A DNA stretch of 64,000 bases from assembly GCF_006345805.1 (NCBI RefSeq), contig NC_043012.1, forward strand, positions 49,228,001 through 49,292,000. The letters are read 5' to 3'. Numbering within the stretch: position 1 is the stretch's first letter; each line of letters opens with the position of its first letter. Both the position numbers and the translations under genes were made by a program. Of this stretch, positions 1 through 13,036 are shown one piece after another. The notes beneath the pieces are model-generated. The model ran no database searches. It saw only the letters and a program-made list of their open reading frames with translations, and had not been told where the DNA came from. This DNA comes from Octopus sinensis (lineage: Eukaryota).

Positions 1-125
1 TTCTATTGCACCACGATCTCTGGTTTGTTGACGTAAGCCCTCTCTTTCAGGTATACCCACAAGAAAAAAATCCGGGCTTGTTAAGTCTGAGGAACGTGAA
101 GGCCAGGTGATATTGCCGTAGAGGG
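1..125 (-). mobile_element. Tc1/mariner-superfamily transposase fragment (runs off window start)
   Basis: Minus strand reads GDITWPSRSSDLTSPDFFLWVYLKERAYVNKP, the WPxRSPDLxPxDFFLWGYLK motif around the third catalytic residue. Confidence 0.75.
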
Positions 126-164
126 AGATTTTTCCCTCTCCATAGCACTACCGTAGCAACTGCA

Positions 165-591
165 TTGTATTTCTTGCGGTATGATCAATTGTCCCATCTT
201 GCTAGAAACATGCGTGAGGTCTACTTTGAATGGCCTTCACGTCCCGTATACTTGACTAGTCCGGAGTTTTTCTTTTGGAGATACCTGAAGATCCTGGTGC
301 AACTTCAGGAGAACATCAATAGAGAATCAAAGAAGCGGGGTCTGAAACTCTTGAGTGTTATGATGCAATTTTTGGAAAGAGCACGGGCGTGCGAAGCCGA
401 AAATGGGTGCCATTTAAGCGATGTCATTTTTTTCATATGTGATGTAGTGGTGTTGCAAAATTTGGCTTATGCATATTAATTTCCGTTATAATTAATTTCC
501 ATTATATGCTATCAAAATTCCTTGCATTTATTTGGAAAGTTAAGGAAGTTATTAAAAATTGACCTCCATCAGTGACATTTTGGGACAACCT
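165..591 (+). mobile_element. Tc1/mariner transposase 3' remnant with right TIR
   Basis: ORF 165-479 has WPSRPVYLTSPEFFFWRYLK and C-terminal RARACEAENGCHLSDVIF; ends in TIR-like ATTTTGGGACAACCTG near 576-591. Confidence 0.75.
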
Positions 592-1147
592 GCATATAAG
601 TATGTCTAAGTGTATGTGTGTGTGTGTGTGTGTGTGCGTGCGTGATTGTGCGTGCGTGATTGTGCGCGCGTGTGTGTGTGTGTGTGAGGTCAGTAGGTCA
701 AATATTCGAAAAGGAAGAACACTCTAAAACATTAGAGTAAGTAATAGAGGGTAAGTAATAGAAAGTGAGCATTGGTTATTCAACTTTCAAGCGCTTTACT
801 GTATTGGTTGGAAACCAATAGCAACGCTGACCAGCCTTAAGAAACACCCTTCTAAATACACATATACACACACGCAAGCACGCACACACGAATACACACA
901 CGCACATACACAGGCACATATGTATTTATATATGTGTGTTATATGTATATATGCATGTATCTATGTGAGTGTGCCTTTTTCATTTTGTATTTGTCCTCCA
1001 CACCGCATGAAAACCAGTGTTAGGTTATTTATGTCCCAGTAGCTAAAGAGGTCGATTTGTTTGACTGAGACTCGTCAAAGCAGTATTCCACCATGGCCCT
1101 AAATAGAAAAGAAAAAAATATCAATACACAGACATTAAATGGAAAGT

Positions 1148-1587
1148 AGTGGCTGTGTTGCATGGTCCCGGGTTCAGTCCCAATTGGTGGCACCTTCTGC
1201 TATACCATCAGGCCAACCAAAGTCTTGTGAGTGACTCTGGTATCCGAAAGCTGGAAGAAGCCCGACTTATATATATGTGTGTGTGTGTGTCTGTCAGTCT
1301 GTGTGTGCGCTTGCGTGTATATGTGTGTGTGTATATGCATGTATGTGTATGTGTGTATTTGTGTATACGTGTCTTTGTGCGTGCGTTCGTACTCCCACCA
1401 TCAGCTGACAAACGATGTTGGTGTGTTTACGTCCCTCAGACTTAGTGGTTCGGCAAAGGAGACCGATAGAATAAGTACTAGGCTTACAAAGAACAACACC
1501 TGGGGTCAACCTGTTCGACTACAAATTCTCTAAGGCGGTGCTCCAGATAGCCACAGTAAAATGACTGAAACAAATAAAAGAATAAAA
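1148..1587 (+). mobile_element. SINE family A (tRNA-like head, internal microsatellite, A-rich tail)
   Basis: Same modules as the copies at 11379, 14998, 23354 and 34271: GTGGCTGTG..GGTTCAGTCC head, CCAAAG.CTTGTGAGTG..GAAGCCCG, (TG)n, GATAGAATAAGTACTAGGCTTACAAAG, TGACTGAAACAAATAAAAGAATA. Confidence 0.85.
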
Positions 1588-2171
1588 CACACACACACAC
1601 ACACACACCACACCACACACACACACACACGCAAACACACAAGCAAACATACTCGATGTAGAGACATGTATGTTTGCTTACGGAAACATGCAGACACGTA
1701 CAAAAGCAATAAAAAATTATTAGATGCATACATTTACGTATCATTCTATATGTATAAACCGCAAAGGAAACCTTCTAAGTCCTCACTCGGCCTGCTGGAA
1801 ACATCAACAAAGTACCCTTGAAATCACCCCACACACTCTTAAAATGGACACACGGAAAAAATGTAGTTCTGTATTCTCTTCACATAAGGAAAAGACAGGA
1901 TGTGTAAAGCTGGAATGCCTTTGATCCTGGGAATAACCGATTGAGGCAGACATGGGGTTAAGCAAAAAAAAAAAACAACAGAAATAAGTCAAGCAGGCAC
2001 TATGCAAACATTGACACGTAATGAGAGATATACGTGAGTAAATATAGGAACGTATTAATATATATTGATAGATATGTAGCACATACAAGCATATGCATAA
2101 TCAGGTACAAACATTGCAGCTTGGAGCCACAAAGCAACAGTATAAGCAGCGTAATACATACATACATACAA

Positions 2172-2234
<63 letters not shown>

Positions 2235-3061
2235 CTTTATATATGTGTGGATGTATGCATGTGAGCGCGTATTTGTACGTATGTATATACATATGTGCGC
2301 GTACTTGTGCGTATATGTATATGTGTGTATACATATATATGAACATACGCATATGTTAAGGCATGTATCTATGTGTGTGAATATGTTTGTATTCGCATAT
2401 TTCCATTTAGGCATTTCCATTTATATTAATAAGCATATTAATATACTTAACTATAACATGACACGAGCACACATTCATTCATATACATGTATACATACAA
2501 ACACACGTACATTCATATATATATATATATACTTACACACACACATACACACATATATAAATAACATGTGTGTGTGTGGGGTGTATTTATAATCATACGG
2601 AGAACTTATACATTCCTGGACGAATATGTTTGTGTGCATAGAACATGCGCATACATCCGCAAACATAGTGGCATATACGTTTCACATGGATACAGAATCA
2701 TAGATAAAACACACATGCCTCCGCAGTTGGATGTTCACACCTACCCACACATGCCTTCTTCCTATGGACACCTGCATTCCTAGAAATTCAGTTATATAAT
2801 TATATACAAACAAATCCACACAAGCATATATATACATATATATATATATTTATAGTCATATATATAGTTATATGTATGTGTATATATGTATATATGTATA
2901 TATGTATATATGTATATATGTATATATATATATATTTATATATACATACATATATATATATATATGGCTATATATATAGTTATATGTATGTGTATATATG
3001 TATATATGTATATATGTATATATGTATATATATACATATATATATATTTATATATACATAC

Positions 3062-3111
<50 letters not shown>

Positions 3112-4089
3112 TATATATATATATACATACAGACAGACAGACACATATTACACGTCAATGTCCACAGGCATTGCTACATATGTAGGCCAGTGCATGCAAA
3201 CATGCATCACATTAGCACAAATGCATGCGTGATTAATCCTGCATACGTATGCATAAATACACACAATCATACACACACACACACATGCATATACACATGC
3301 GCACACACATATACACACACGTGTATGAGTGTACATCACGCATCACACATCCGTACGTAGAAAGACACTCATATGTTATCAGGAGAAAGACGTACGCGCA
3401 GTCACGTAATATAAAACATAAGAACAACTGCGCTCGGAAGCTTAAGGATATATGAGTATGAACTCGGTGTATGTTTATGCATATGCTAAATACATCGAAG
3501 CCCCGACTTTCCCGCTGAGTTTCCCTCGTCCTAAATCCTTGTACTAAACAGCATGTACAGAATCGCTTCCAGAAGGGTGCCTCTGTTTCAGATTGACTTC
3601 CGGTACATGTTTCCCCCCCCCACCACTCCATCTTAACAGCAGTTAACCTGCAGCCGCTTAAAGGAAAAGCCTTAATAACATCAAACTCGTCTAACCTTTT
3701 ATTTACATTCAACATTTTTTTCTCATTTCATAAAGGTTTATTTTACAGGCTACCGACTTTGGTTGTTGTTTACTGGTTTTGGCTATAAAAAAGACGTTCG
3801 CATCTGTTAGCCTCATGCTCCTTCCTATTTCTATCACTCCTCTCCCCTCTCTCTTTCTCTTTCGGTAATTATTACTTTACAACAAATATGCATAGAAGAC
3901 TTTTTCCATCTATACATCTAAATATGACCTTATGCAGAAACATTTCCATTCATACATCTACAATTTTTTTTCCAATTTCAGTCTCAATATTTATGGATAA
4001 AAAAAAATACACACAGATAGAGTAATCTTAGCATAACCTTAATCTCATAAAGTATAAGAAATAGGCACATGCATACATACATACATACA

Positions 4090-4125
<36 letters not shown>

Positions 4126-4428
4126 TTATATTATATATATAAAGTGAAAGGGGAGAAGAAACAAAACACGCTTTCTAATCTGTCGGTATATATATGTATA
4201 GACATACACACACACCCAAACATAAATACCTATCTACATACACGAATACGTGCGTACACACATCTTAATATTTCTCTTTCATACTTATGCAGAGTACGAA
4301 TTTATTAATCTTATGCAAGAACGCTTTTGACAGCGACTTCGAAGACACTGTCAACAACATTCTTTTGGTTGTGTGTTTACTGGCACACACATTCACACAC
4401 ACACAAACGCACACACACACACACACAC

Positions 4429-4476
<48 letters not shown>

Positions 4477-4724
4477 TGCAAACATACACACGCCATTCTT
4501 TGGAAAGTGAATTATTTTCGACACATATTTTAGAAATAGCATTACAATGCTGGAAAATTTTGTCCTTTTTCGCAGTAAGAATGCCATCTATCTAAGAACA
4601 CCGATGGATGTTGGATCTTCGGAAAACTCATGATAAAGGTTTGGTGACAGGAAGAATACAGGGGGATGAAGCTCTTTAGTTCGAATTACAAAATATATTA
4701 TATTATATATATATATATATATAT

Positions 4725-4826
<102 letters not shown>

Positions 4827-4914
4827 CATGCCCCTTTACCCACGATTAGTCAAGAAAGAAGACGAACAGATAAATTGATAGATAGATAGATAGATAGTTA
4901 GATAGAACATTCTT

Positions 4915-5206
4915 AAGTACGAAAATGCCCGGCTATGGAAAATAAAGAAGGTGAAGATAGTGCGCATGGTTGTTAGGGCCTTGGAAACATCAAGAGGAAT
5001 ATAAAGGAAACTGGAATAGAATGGCCAGTAGGACTGTTACCATAGGTTTTCCGCCTTGGCACGGCCAGAATAATTAACAGAGTATTTAGATAACTGAAAA
5101 GAATGAATTGCATAGCATCGTAAGCTGCAGGTAGTAAGCTCGTTACGCATGCAAGACTCCAGGAGCTCCAACATAACGTGTGATAAAGAGATGATAATAA
5201 TAATTA
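4915..5206 (+). mobile_element. R4/Dong-clade non-LTR retrotransposon 3' end (degenerate)
   Basis: Frameshifted LWKIKKVKIVRMVVRAL.. and ETGIEWPVGLL..RLGTARII, matching the R4/Dong C-terminus; short 3' UTR ends in (TAA)n. Confidence 0.7.
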
Positions 5207-5327
5207 TAATGCCCTGATGCAAACCAGGCACTAGCTCTAATAACTTCTGATCTTAACTACTTGGAAGCGTACATTATTTTGTCTTGGTATAAAAGATGGG
5301 CTACAGCAAATATTCTGCTCAGTACCA
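5207..5327 (+). mobile_element. 5' part of a ~537-bp TAA-associated non-coding element (interrupted copy)
   Basis: Reverse complement of 6120-6239; continues at 6486 after an insertion bounded by GTACCA on both sides. Confidence 0.8.
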
Positions 5328-5336
5328 GACAATATT

Positions 5337-5500
5337 ACAGTTCTATATTTATGTGTTGAGGAATTATGTACATTTGACGGATATTTGTCCTCATCTTGTT
5401 TGTTCTTCACACAACGTTTCGGTTGATATACACACCAGCCTTCATCAGGTGTCTTGGGGAAATTTCAAACATGGGTTCTCATTTTTAAGGTATTTTTCGA
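5337..5500 (-). mobile_element. Penelope-type terminal repeat fragment with hammerhead-like motif
   Basis: Same family as 6339-6489 and 14226-14505; minus strand GACAC-CTGATGA-A-GGCTG..CAACC-GAAACGT-T-GTGTG at 5408-5453. Confidence 0.7.
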
Positions 5501-5542
5501 TGTTGTTGTTGTTGTTATTTTATTATTATTATTATTATTATT

Positions 5543-5573
<31 letters not shown>

Positions 5574-5702
5574 TATATTATTATTATTATTATTATCATT
5601 ATTATTATTATTATTATTATTATATTATTATTATTATGATTATTATTATTATTATTATTATTATTAATATTATATTATTAATAATATTATTTTATTATTA
5701 TT

Positions 5703-6239
5703 GAGTGAGAGAGCAGTCATGCCATCAAAGTGACACTGGGGTAAAATATACGAAGCCCAATATACCCATCATGACTACCCGTCTGATAAAGGTACACCAG
5801 CACATGCATCACAACCATATTGCGCGACATGGTGATCTCATATCAAGATAAACAGACATGACCTTGCAGGTGGGGCCCAGTTAGAATTTTCTTCAGGTTG
5901 AGTACCCATCCCGCTCAACGGTCCCTGAATAAGGGTTGTTTAAGGATGTTAAGAACCACCCATGTTTCCAGAGGTGAACTATTCAAACCCCAAAGAATCC
6001 CTCTCAACACATGGCTATGATGCTCCCCCCTACTTCTGCTCGTGATCAGAGATGCACATATCTTCAGCCACTAGGGACATGCTCAACTGGTTAAGGTCAA
6101 ACAACTAACAGCAAATCTGTTATGAGCAGAATATTGCTGTAGCCCATCTTTTTACCAAGACAAAACAATGTACATGTAACACTTCCAATCAGTTAATTCA
6201 GAAGCCATGAGAGCTACTGCCTGGTACTGCATCAGGGCA
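5703..6239 (-). mobile_element. Complete ~537-bp TAA-associated non-coding element
   Basis: Flanked by (TTA)n on both sides; collinear with 5207-5327 plus 6486-6920 in opposite orientation; no ORF. Confidence 0.8.
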
Positions 6240-6338
6240 TTATTTATTATTATTATTATTATATTATTATTATTATTTTATTATTATTATTATTATTATT
6301 ATATATTATTATAATAATAATAATAACAACAACAACAA

Positions 6339-6489
6339 CTTAGAAAATACCTAAGGAACGGAACCCAGGTTCGAAATTTCCCCAAGACTCCTGATGAAGG
6401 CTGGCGGGTATATCAGTCGAAACGTTGTTTTAACAACAAACAAGATGAGGACAAATATCCGTCAAATGTAAATAATGTAAATAATGTAC
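6339..6489 (+). mobile_element. Penelope-type terminal repeat fragment with hammerhead-like motif
   Basis: GACTC-CTGATGA-A-GGCTG-loop-CAGTC-GAAACGT-T at 6386-6431; inverted relative to 5337-5500. Confidence 0.7.
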
Positions 6490-6920
6490 CACAGAATATG
6501 TTTGTCAGTTGTTTGACTTTAACCAGTTGAGCATGTCCTTTGGTGACTGATGATTTGTGCATCTCTGATAACGAGCAGAAGTAGTGGGGTGCATAATAGC
6601 CATGTGTTGAGAGGAATTCTTTGAAGTTTAAATGATACACCTCTGGAAACATATGTGTTTCATTCAACAACCCTTAAAGAACCCGTATCCAAGGACCATT
6701 TGAGCGGGATAGGCTACTTGACCTGACGAAAATTCTAAATGGGTTCCACCTGCAAGGTCATGTGCTGTTTATCTCGATATGAGATCACCATATCGCGCAC
6801 ATATGGTTGTGATGCTTGTGCCTGGTGTACCGTTATCAGACGGGTAGTCACGATGGGTATACTGGGGTTCATATATGTTACCCCAGTGTCACTTTGACGG
6901 CATGCACTGTTCTCTCACCC
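6486..6920 (+). mobile_element. 3' part of the interrupted ~537-bp TAA-associated element
   Basis: Reverse complement of ~5703-6115; ends CTGTTCTCTCACCC followed by (AAT)n. Confidence 0.8.
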
Positions 6921-7450
6921 AATAATAATAATAAAAATAAAAATGTCAAATATTTTGGCGCGCGACTTTTGGCCCACTCTCTTTATATGAATATTGATAT
7001 ACACACGCGTGTGTGAGTGTAAGTATCCATTTGTGTTTATAAATATATATATATATCTGTGTGTGGGTGTGTGTAGGGGGCAATGCTTTCATGCTATACA
7101 CATCTAGGTGTATGTACCTTCGTGTGAATGCACTAACCCATCACTCGAATGGAACAGAGAGAATGGAAAGGTAAGTTTAATATTAACGCAGAGAAGAAGG
7201 AAAGAGAAAAAACGAGAGGGTGTAAGGGACGAAGGAAGAGAATGAAAAACAGAGAGAGAAGCAATGATTGAATGTGATAGGTGTAAGAAAAAGACAAAAT
7301 CATCTGAACAGTACATTTCTCCGTTCATGAAGGTGACAGACATACGATACGCGTGCGCGCGCACAAACATAGATACGGTTATAGGAGATGCCTACAACCC
7401 TATATGACCATGCATATACATATATATATATGAGTATATATATATATGAG

Positions 7451-7488
<38 letters not shown>

Positions 7489-7625
7489 ATATATAATATA
7501 TATATATATAGTATATATACGTATATGTATATTATGTATAATATATATATATGTGTATATATATATGTTTTTGTATGTATGTACGTATGCATATTTTCAC
7601 AGGGGGCGCACTATACATATATGTA

Positions 7626-7697
<72 letters not shown>

Positions 7698-7767
7698 ATA
7701 TATATATATTTACATATATATATATATATCTATATATATGTATATATATGTATTATGTATAATATAT

Positions 7768-7798
<31 letters not shown>

Positions 7799-9329
7799 GT
7801 ATGTATATATATATATATATGTGTATATATATATATATGCATGTTTGTATGTATGTATGTATCAACAAGTCTCGGTCCCGACTGTCAGAGTTGTGGCCCG
7901 TTGACGTTGATCCGTGTCTCCTGTCACCCAATCATTTAGTCTATTCATTTATAATTGGACAGGTGCAAGGAAGATTTCCGTTGTTGCTTTATTATGTTAT
8001 GTAGTCCCATCCCCCATATCCGTATTGTTGTAAATACCCACAGGCATGTATTGTAAGATGAAATGAAATACAGTAATAGTGAGAGAGAGAGAGGGCAAAA
8101 AGTGGGAAAAAGTTCGTAAAAAGAAGCAAAAATAATGAATCACATTTGTTTTCCCTTGTTTGTTTTTTCATTTTTTTTTAGTCTTTAAAGTCAGCTTTCA
8201 ATAGATTAAGTCATTCATGTTGAGCTTAGTTTGCGATGAAGCTTTTAAATGATTAAGACGTTATTTGCTACTTTATTCTTTTTAAGAGATAACTATTAAA
8301 CCGGTCGATAGAATCCTAAAGAATGAGCGAAGAGAGATTGTAGGTGAGAGAGAGAGACTGAGAATAGGATAGAAAGAGTGAGATATATAGAGATAGAGAG
8401 AGAGGGAGGAGAGAGAGTAAAAGAGAGAAATGGAGTGACAAAGATATTTGTGGTTCGATTTATATTGATTTCTTTCAAAGGCACACTGCCTAATATCTGA
8501 AGTAAATAAGCACTCCATTAAATTCTCTTCCTCATTTGTTGTACTAGATCTGACCCTTCGGCGGCATTTGAACTTAGAACGTTAAGAGTCGAAAACAATG
8601 CCGTAAGACATTTTGTCCGAGGCTCTAAAGATTATTCTCTGCTGAAGATATTTAATATCACCAGATTCATTTGATTAAACAGTAAATATAAATAGCACTC
8701 CACTCAAGAGAAATTACTGGTCAACTGAGGTGAAAAAAAAAACAAAACCATAAAACAAGACAAAAAAAAAAGAAAAAAAGTAATACTTCATAATTTTGTA
8801 ACACATTCGTATGCTGCTGTGTGATGAGAACCCTGATCTCTTGCACATGATTGTTTTTAGTTGCAAGTAAGGTTTTCATTCTGCCGAAAACGAATTTAAT
8901 CACCGAGTCAAATTGATTCGTCTCGCATATGTGTGTGTATGTGTGTGTTTGTGCGAGTATGTCTACATACATATGCATATATATAGGCCGTAACAAGTCA
9001 GGAAATATGAGAGGTTAATATATTTATTTAACCTCTCGATATTCGTGAGATTATGGTTGTCTCGCAGCCTTCATCATGAAAAAAAATTAGGTATAATGAA
9101 TTAGTTTACATACCATCACCAACATGCACACCCCACATTGCATTGTAGAAGGATTGGGATAACCATAATGTTCTGGTGTTCTGAAGGGTTACTCTTCTAT
9201 ACTTGTCTTGATTGTTTTTTTCTTCAATTTCGGCAATCATAATTTCGACAATCATAATTTTCAGTGTGCAGCATGCATGTTGGTGCAGGCATATAAAATA
9301 ATATATTATACACTGAAATTATTATTACA

Positions 9330-9713
9330 CTAGCAGTATCGCCCGGCGTTGCTCAGGTTTGTAAGGGAAATAACTATAAAGCATTTTTAGAGAGTTATAG
9401 CAAAAAAATAGCCAAAAAGTGGGGGGGAAATTATGGTAATTTTTTTTTTGAGAGTTAAAAAGGTCGAGTTGCGTCCCCTAGACAGTCTGTGGTTTGTGTT
9501 TCTGATTCTCGACCCCATGTCGAATTTATCGATTTTTTCAGAACTGGGGGAACTTTTCAAAATTTCCGCTGCGTTAGTTTTGAATTATGACATTGGGCTA
9601 TGTGTGTGTCAAGTTTCATCAGAATCGGTTGAAAGCCGTGGTCAGGGTGAGGGTACAACCTAACAGACACACAGAAACACACACAGACAAACTGCCGTTT
9701 ATATAGAGAGAGA
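9330..9713 (-). mobile_element. Non-autonomous Helitron
   Basis: Minus strand starts A|TC and ends with hairpin CCTGAGCAACGCCGGG, 8 nt, then CTAG|T. No TSD; (CA)-rich microsatellite near the 5' end. Confidence 0.8.
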
Positions 9714-9753
9714 TGATGAAGGCTACAAAACAACCGTGTGGTGAGATAGATAT

Positions 9754-10171
9754 GGATCTTTTCGGTTTGAACGGCAGTTTTTTCTAGCAGTCACCCATAA
9801 TCACGACCCTAGTATCGATCTATTGCATTTCAATCTGTTTTGGGGTTAGGGTTAGTTAGGGTAAGGGTTAGGGGTGGTGGGAAGGGTATCTTTTTTTCTT
9901 CACAAATGTAAATAAACCCAATCTGTTTCTTAAACGAGGGAATATTCATACGGCACAGAATGTTTTTTTTACCTCAGTAAACGTCAGTGACTGGTTGAAA
10001 TTGCCGAAATTGAAGAAAAAAACAACAAATATCTTACAAAGTATAGAATTTTCTCAATATAGCCAAGAGGAAAAGATGTTTTATAAACACATTCTACAAG
10101 TATATGAAGTTTAAAATTTTTTAGTTACCTACAAATTATGTTAAAAACTGTCGTTCAAACCGAAAAGATCC
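9754..10171. mobile_element. 418-bp non-autonomous TIR DNA transposon with internal TTAGGG-like repeats
   Basis: 29-bp TIRs GGATCTTTTCGGTTTGAACGGCAGTTTTT (1 mismatch); 7-bp TSD TAGATAT at 9747-9753 and 10172-10178. Confidence 0.85.
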
Positions 10172-10372
10172 TAGATATGTTCACTTCTCATACCTCTTAA
10201 CTTTTAATAATCTATATACACCACATTCGAGAATGTCTTATATTGGATCTCCTGGATACATATACATTATACTCTTCCGTATTGGATTAGTTTGTAACCG
10301 GGCCTACAAGATGAGCCTTCTGTGAACACCAGAGGATTCTTTGAATTCAGTATATTGGACTACTAATTTCTT

Positions 10373-10452
<80 letters not shown>
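10373..10452. repeat. (TCTA)n microsatellite
   Basis: Perfect tetranucleotide array. Confidence 0.95.
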
Positions 10453-10453
<1 letters not shown>

Positions 10454-10866
10454 GTAAAACTAAGCTAAGGGCATTAGATTTCTTGGAAGAAAGCAGCGAA
10501 TTATACAAAAACAAGGACGAAAAAAAAACACAAAACCGGACCATGTTACACAAATAAAGTAAAAATAATAGCAGGACATAACAACAGGTGTCTTTCAACT
10601 AAGGACGAATTAAATTTAGCTGGCGTGTGTGGAAATAAAGCCTTACGGCAGATATACAAGATATACAAGGAATATCAATGTTGCACGGACAACGGCCAGA
10701 CCAAGAAAGAAAGAACAGGCTTGACCGAACGCCAGTTACGTGGGAAGAGAAGAGGGAGAAATAGAAGCAGAGGGACAGAAGAATTAAGGAGGGGCGATAA
10801 AAAATGACGAGGTCACAGTGAAGTGAAAAGTGGAGGGAAAGTAAATATATAAATATATATATATAT

Positions 10867-11092
10867 GTGTTTGTGTTTCTGTGTTTGGTGTGTGTTTGTC
10901 CCAATCCACAATCGACTGACAACCAATGTTGGTGTGTTTACGGCTTGTAACTTAACAGTTCGACAAAAGAGAACGATAAAATAAGTACTAGGTTTACAAA
11001 AATTAAGTTCTGGTGTCGATATGCACACAAACACCTCTTATGGTGGTGCTCCAGGATGACCGCAGTTAAATGAATGAAACAAGTACTAGAAT
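10867..11092 (+). mobile_element. SINE family A, 3' half
   Basis: CGACTGACAACCAATGTTGGTGTGTTTACG..GATAAAATAAGTACTAGG..GGTGGTGCTCCAGG..GAAAC. Confidence 0.75.
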
Positions 11093-11378
11093 AATGGAGT
11101 ATAGATACATATTACCTTCGAAACACGGAGTAGACGAAGCAGGGGCAGCGGAAGAAGGGGAATATTCCTTGTGTTTTATGTCTCGTACGTTGTTTTTTCG
11201 TTGTTTGAAAAAGTCCATTTCCATGTTTTTGTTTTTATGTTTTCATTTCTCATTGTGTTCTACAATTTTTTGTGTGTCCTGTACACATATATGCATGTAT
11301 ATATACATATTGATGTAGGTATGTACATATATGTATGTATATATGCATATGTTTTATTTATTATTTTGTTATTATATA

Positions 11379-11541
11379 AGTGGCTGTGTGGTAAGTAGCT
11401 TGTTTACCAACCACATGGTTCCTGGTTCAGCCCCACTGCGTGGCTCCTTGGGCAAGTGTCTTCTACTATAGCCTCGGGCCGATCAAAGCCTTGTGAGTGG
11501 ATTTGGTAGATGGAAACTGAAAAAAGCCCGTCGTATATATG

Positions 11542-11620
<79 letters not shown>

Positions 11621-11840
11621 TGTGTGTGTGTTTGTGTGTCTGTGTTTGTCCCCCTAGCATTGCTTGACAACCGATGCTGGTGTGTTTATGTCCCCGTCAC
11701 TTAGCGGTTCGGCAAAACAGACCGATAGAATAAGTACTGGGCTTACAAAGAATAAGTGCCGGGGTCGAGTTGCTCGATTAAAGGCGGTGCTCCAGCATGG
11801 CCGCAGTCAAATGACTGAAACAATTAAAAGAATAAAAAAA
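11379..11840 (+). mobile_element. SINE family A, near full length with (TA)n core
   Basis: All family-A modules present, closely matching 14998-15420. Confidence 0.9.
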
Positions 11841-13036
11841 AGAGTATATATATATATATACATATATTTACACACACACACACACACACACACATGTATG
11901 TGTGCGTGTGTTTATTTGTGTGACTGAGTGCAGAATGAGAGACATTTTATATACAAAGTGTACACAATAATTTCTTCATTCTTTTACTTGCTTCCGACAT
12001 TGGCCTACGGCCATGTGTATATTCATATATGCATGCTTATATATATATATGCATGCATATATACACGCAATCACACACGCTCTCGCAGACACACACTCAC
12101 ACATGCACGCACACACATAAACACAAACACACGCATACACACAAATATATAGGTTAGAGTTCTACTGCCTACTTCCAGAAGTCTGCGGCCGTCTTCGAAC
12201 ACAGCCTTCAAGTCGATGATATTGACTCGAATACTTATTTCAGTCTAAGACATTTTTTATCGATTTTCATTTGTCAAGTAGCTAAGTTACCATTTCGAAA
12301 TAAAGCAGGTGTCTGGTGGCTTTGTATTTAAGCAAAAGCAGCAGTGATGTGTCAAATACAGAGACACAGGCGCAGACAGTGACATGAACACAAGCTTAAA
12401 CACACAGATACACACATAAACAAAGTCATATGCACATGCGCACACGCACGTATACTAGAAGGTATTAGTTAACCCAAATTTATAGAAGACAATTGGACAG
12501 TGTGACAGTGGAGATGGTCACATCTGGACCACTGGTGGGTGGGAGTGGGGGTGCAAATGGAACTTCTCACCACGCATTCATGTCAGGACACACACACGCA
12601 CATACACACACTCGCACACACGCAGACACCAAGAGACACACACAAAAGCATACACACATACAAACACGCATGCTTACACAGATACACCCACACAGGTATA
12701 CACACTTGCACACACACATACACATACAAACACACATACACATACACACATACCTAGCTTGGCATGTAATTTGATGCCAGAAACTGAAAATATTATATCG
12801 GGGAAGAACCGATTTAAACATAAGAGCACAGCAAAAAATTGCTAAATTCATTATTCATTTATTTCTTGATTTATGGAAATTTCACTCATTCATCTGTGTC
12901 GCAGTCAATGTCACAGCTTTATTACAACAGGTGACAACAGGTTAGTGTCAGGTTTGAAAGGCCAAACCGAGTTTTCTTTCTTTTCTCTTTTTGTTTGTTA
13001 TTGAATTTTAGCAACGTACAACTTTATTGTTTAGAC

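Noticed and set aside
9841-9882. Interstitial telomere from a chromosome fusion
   Set aside because: Only a few degenerate units, and they lie inside a TIR-bounded transposon.
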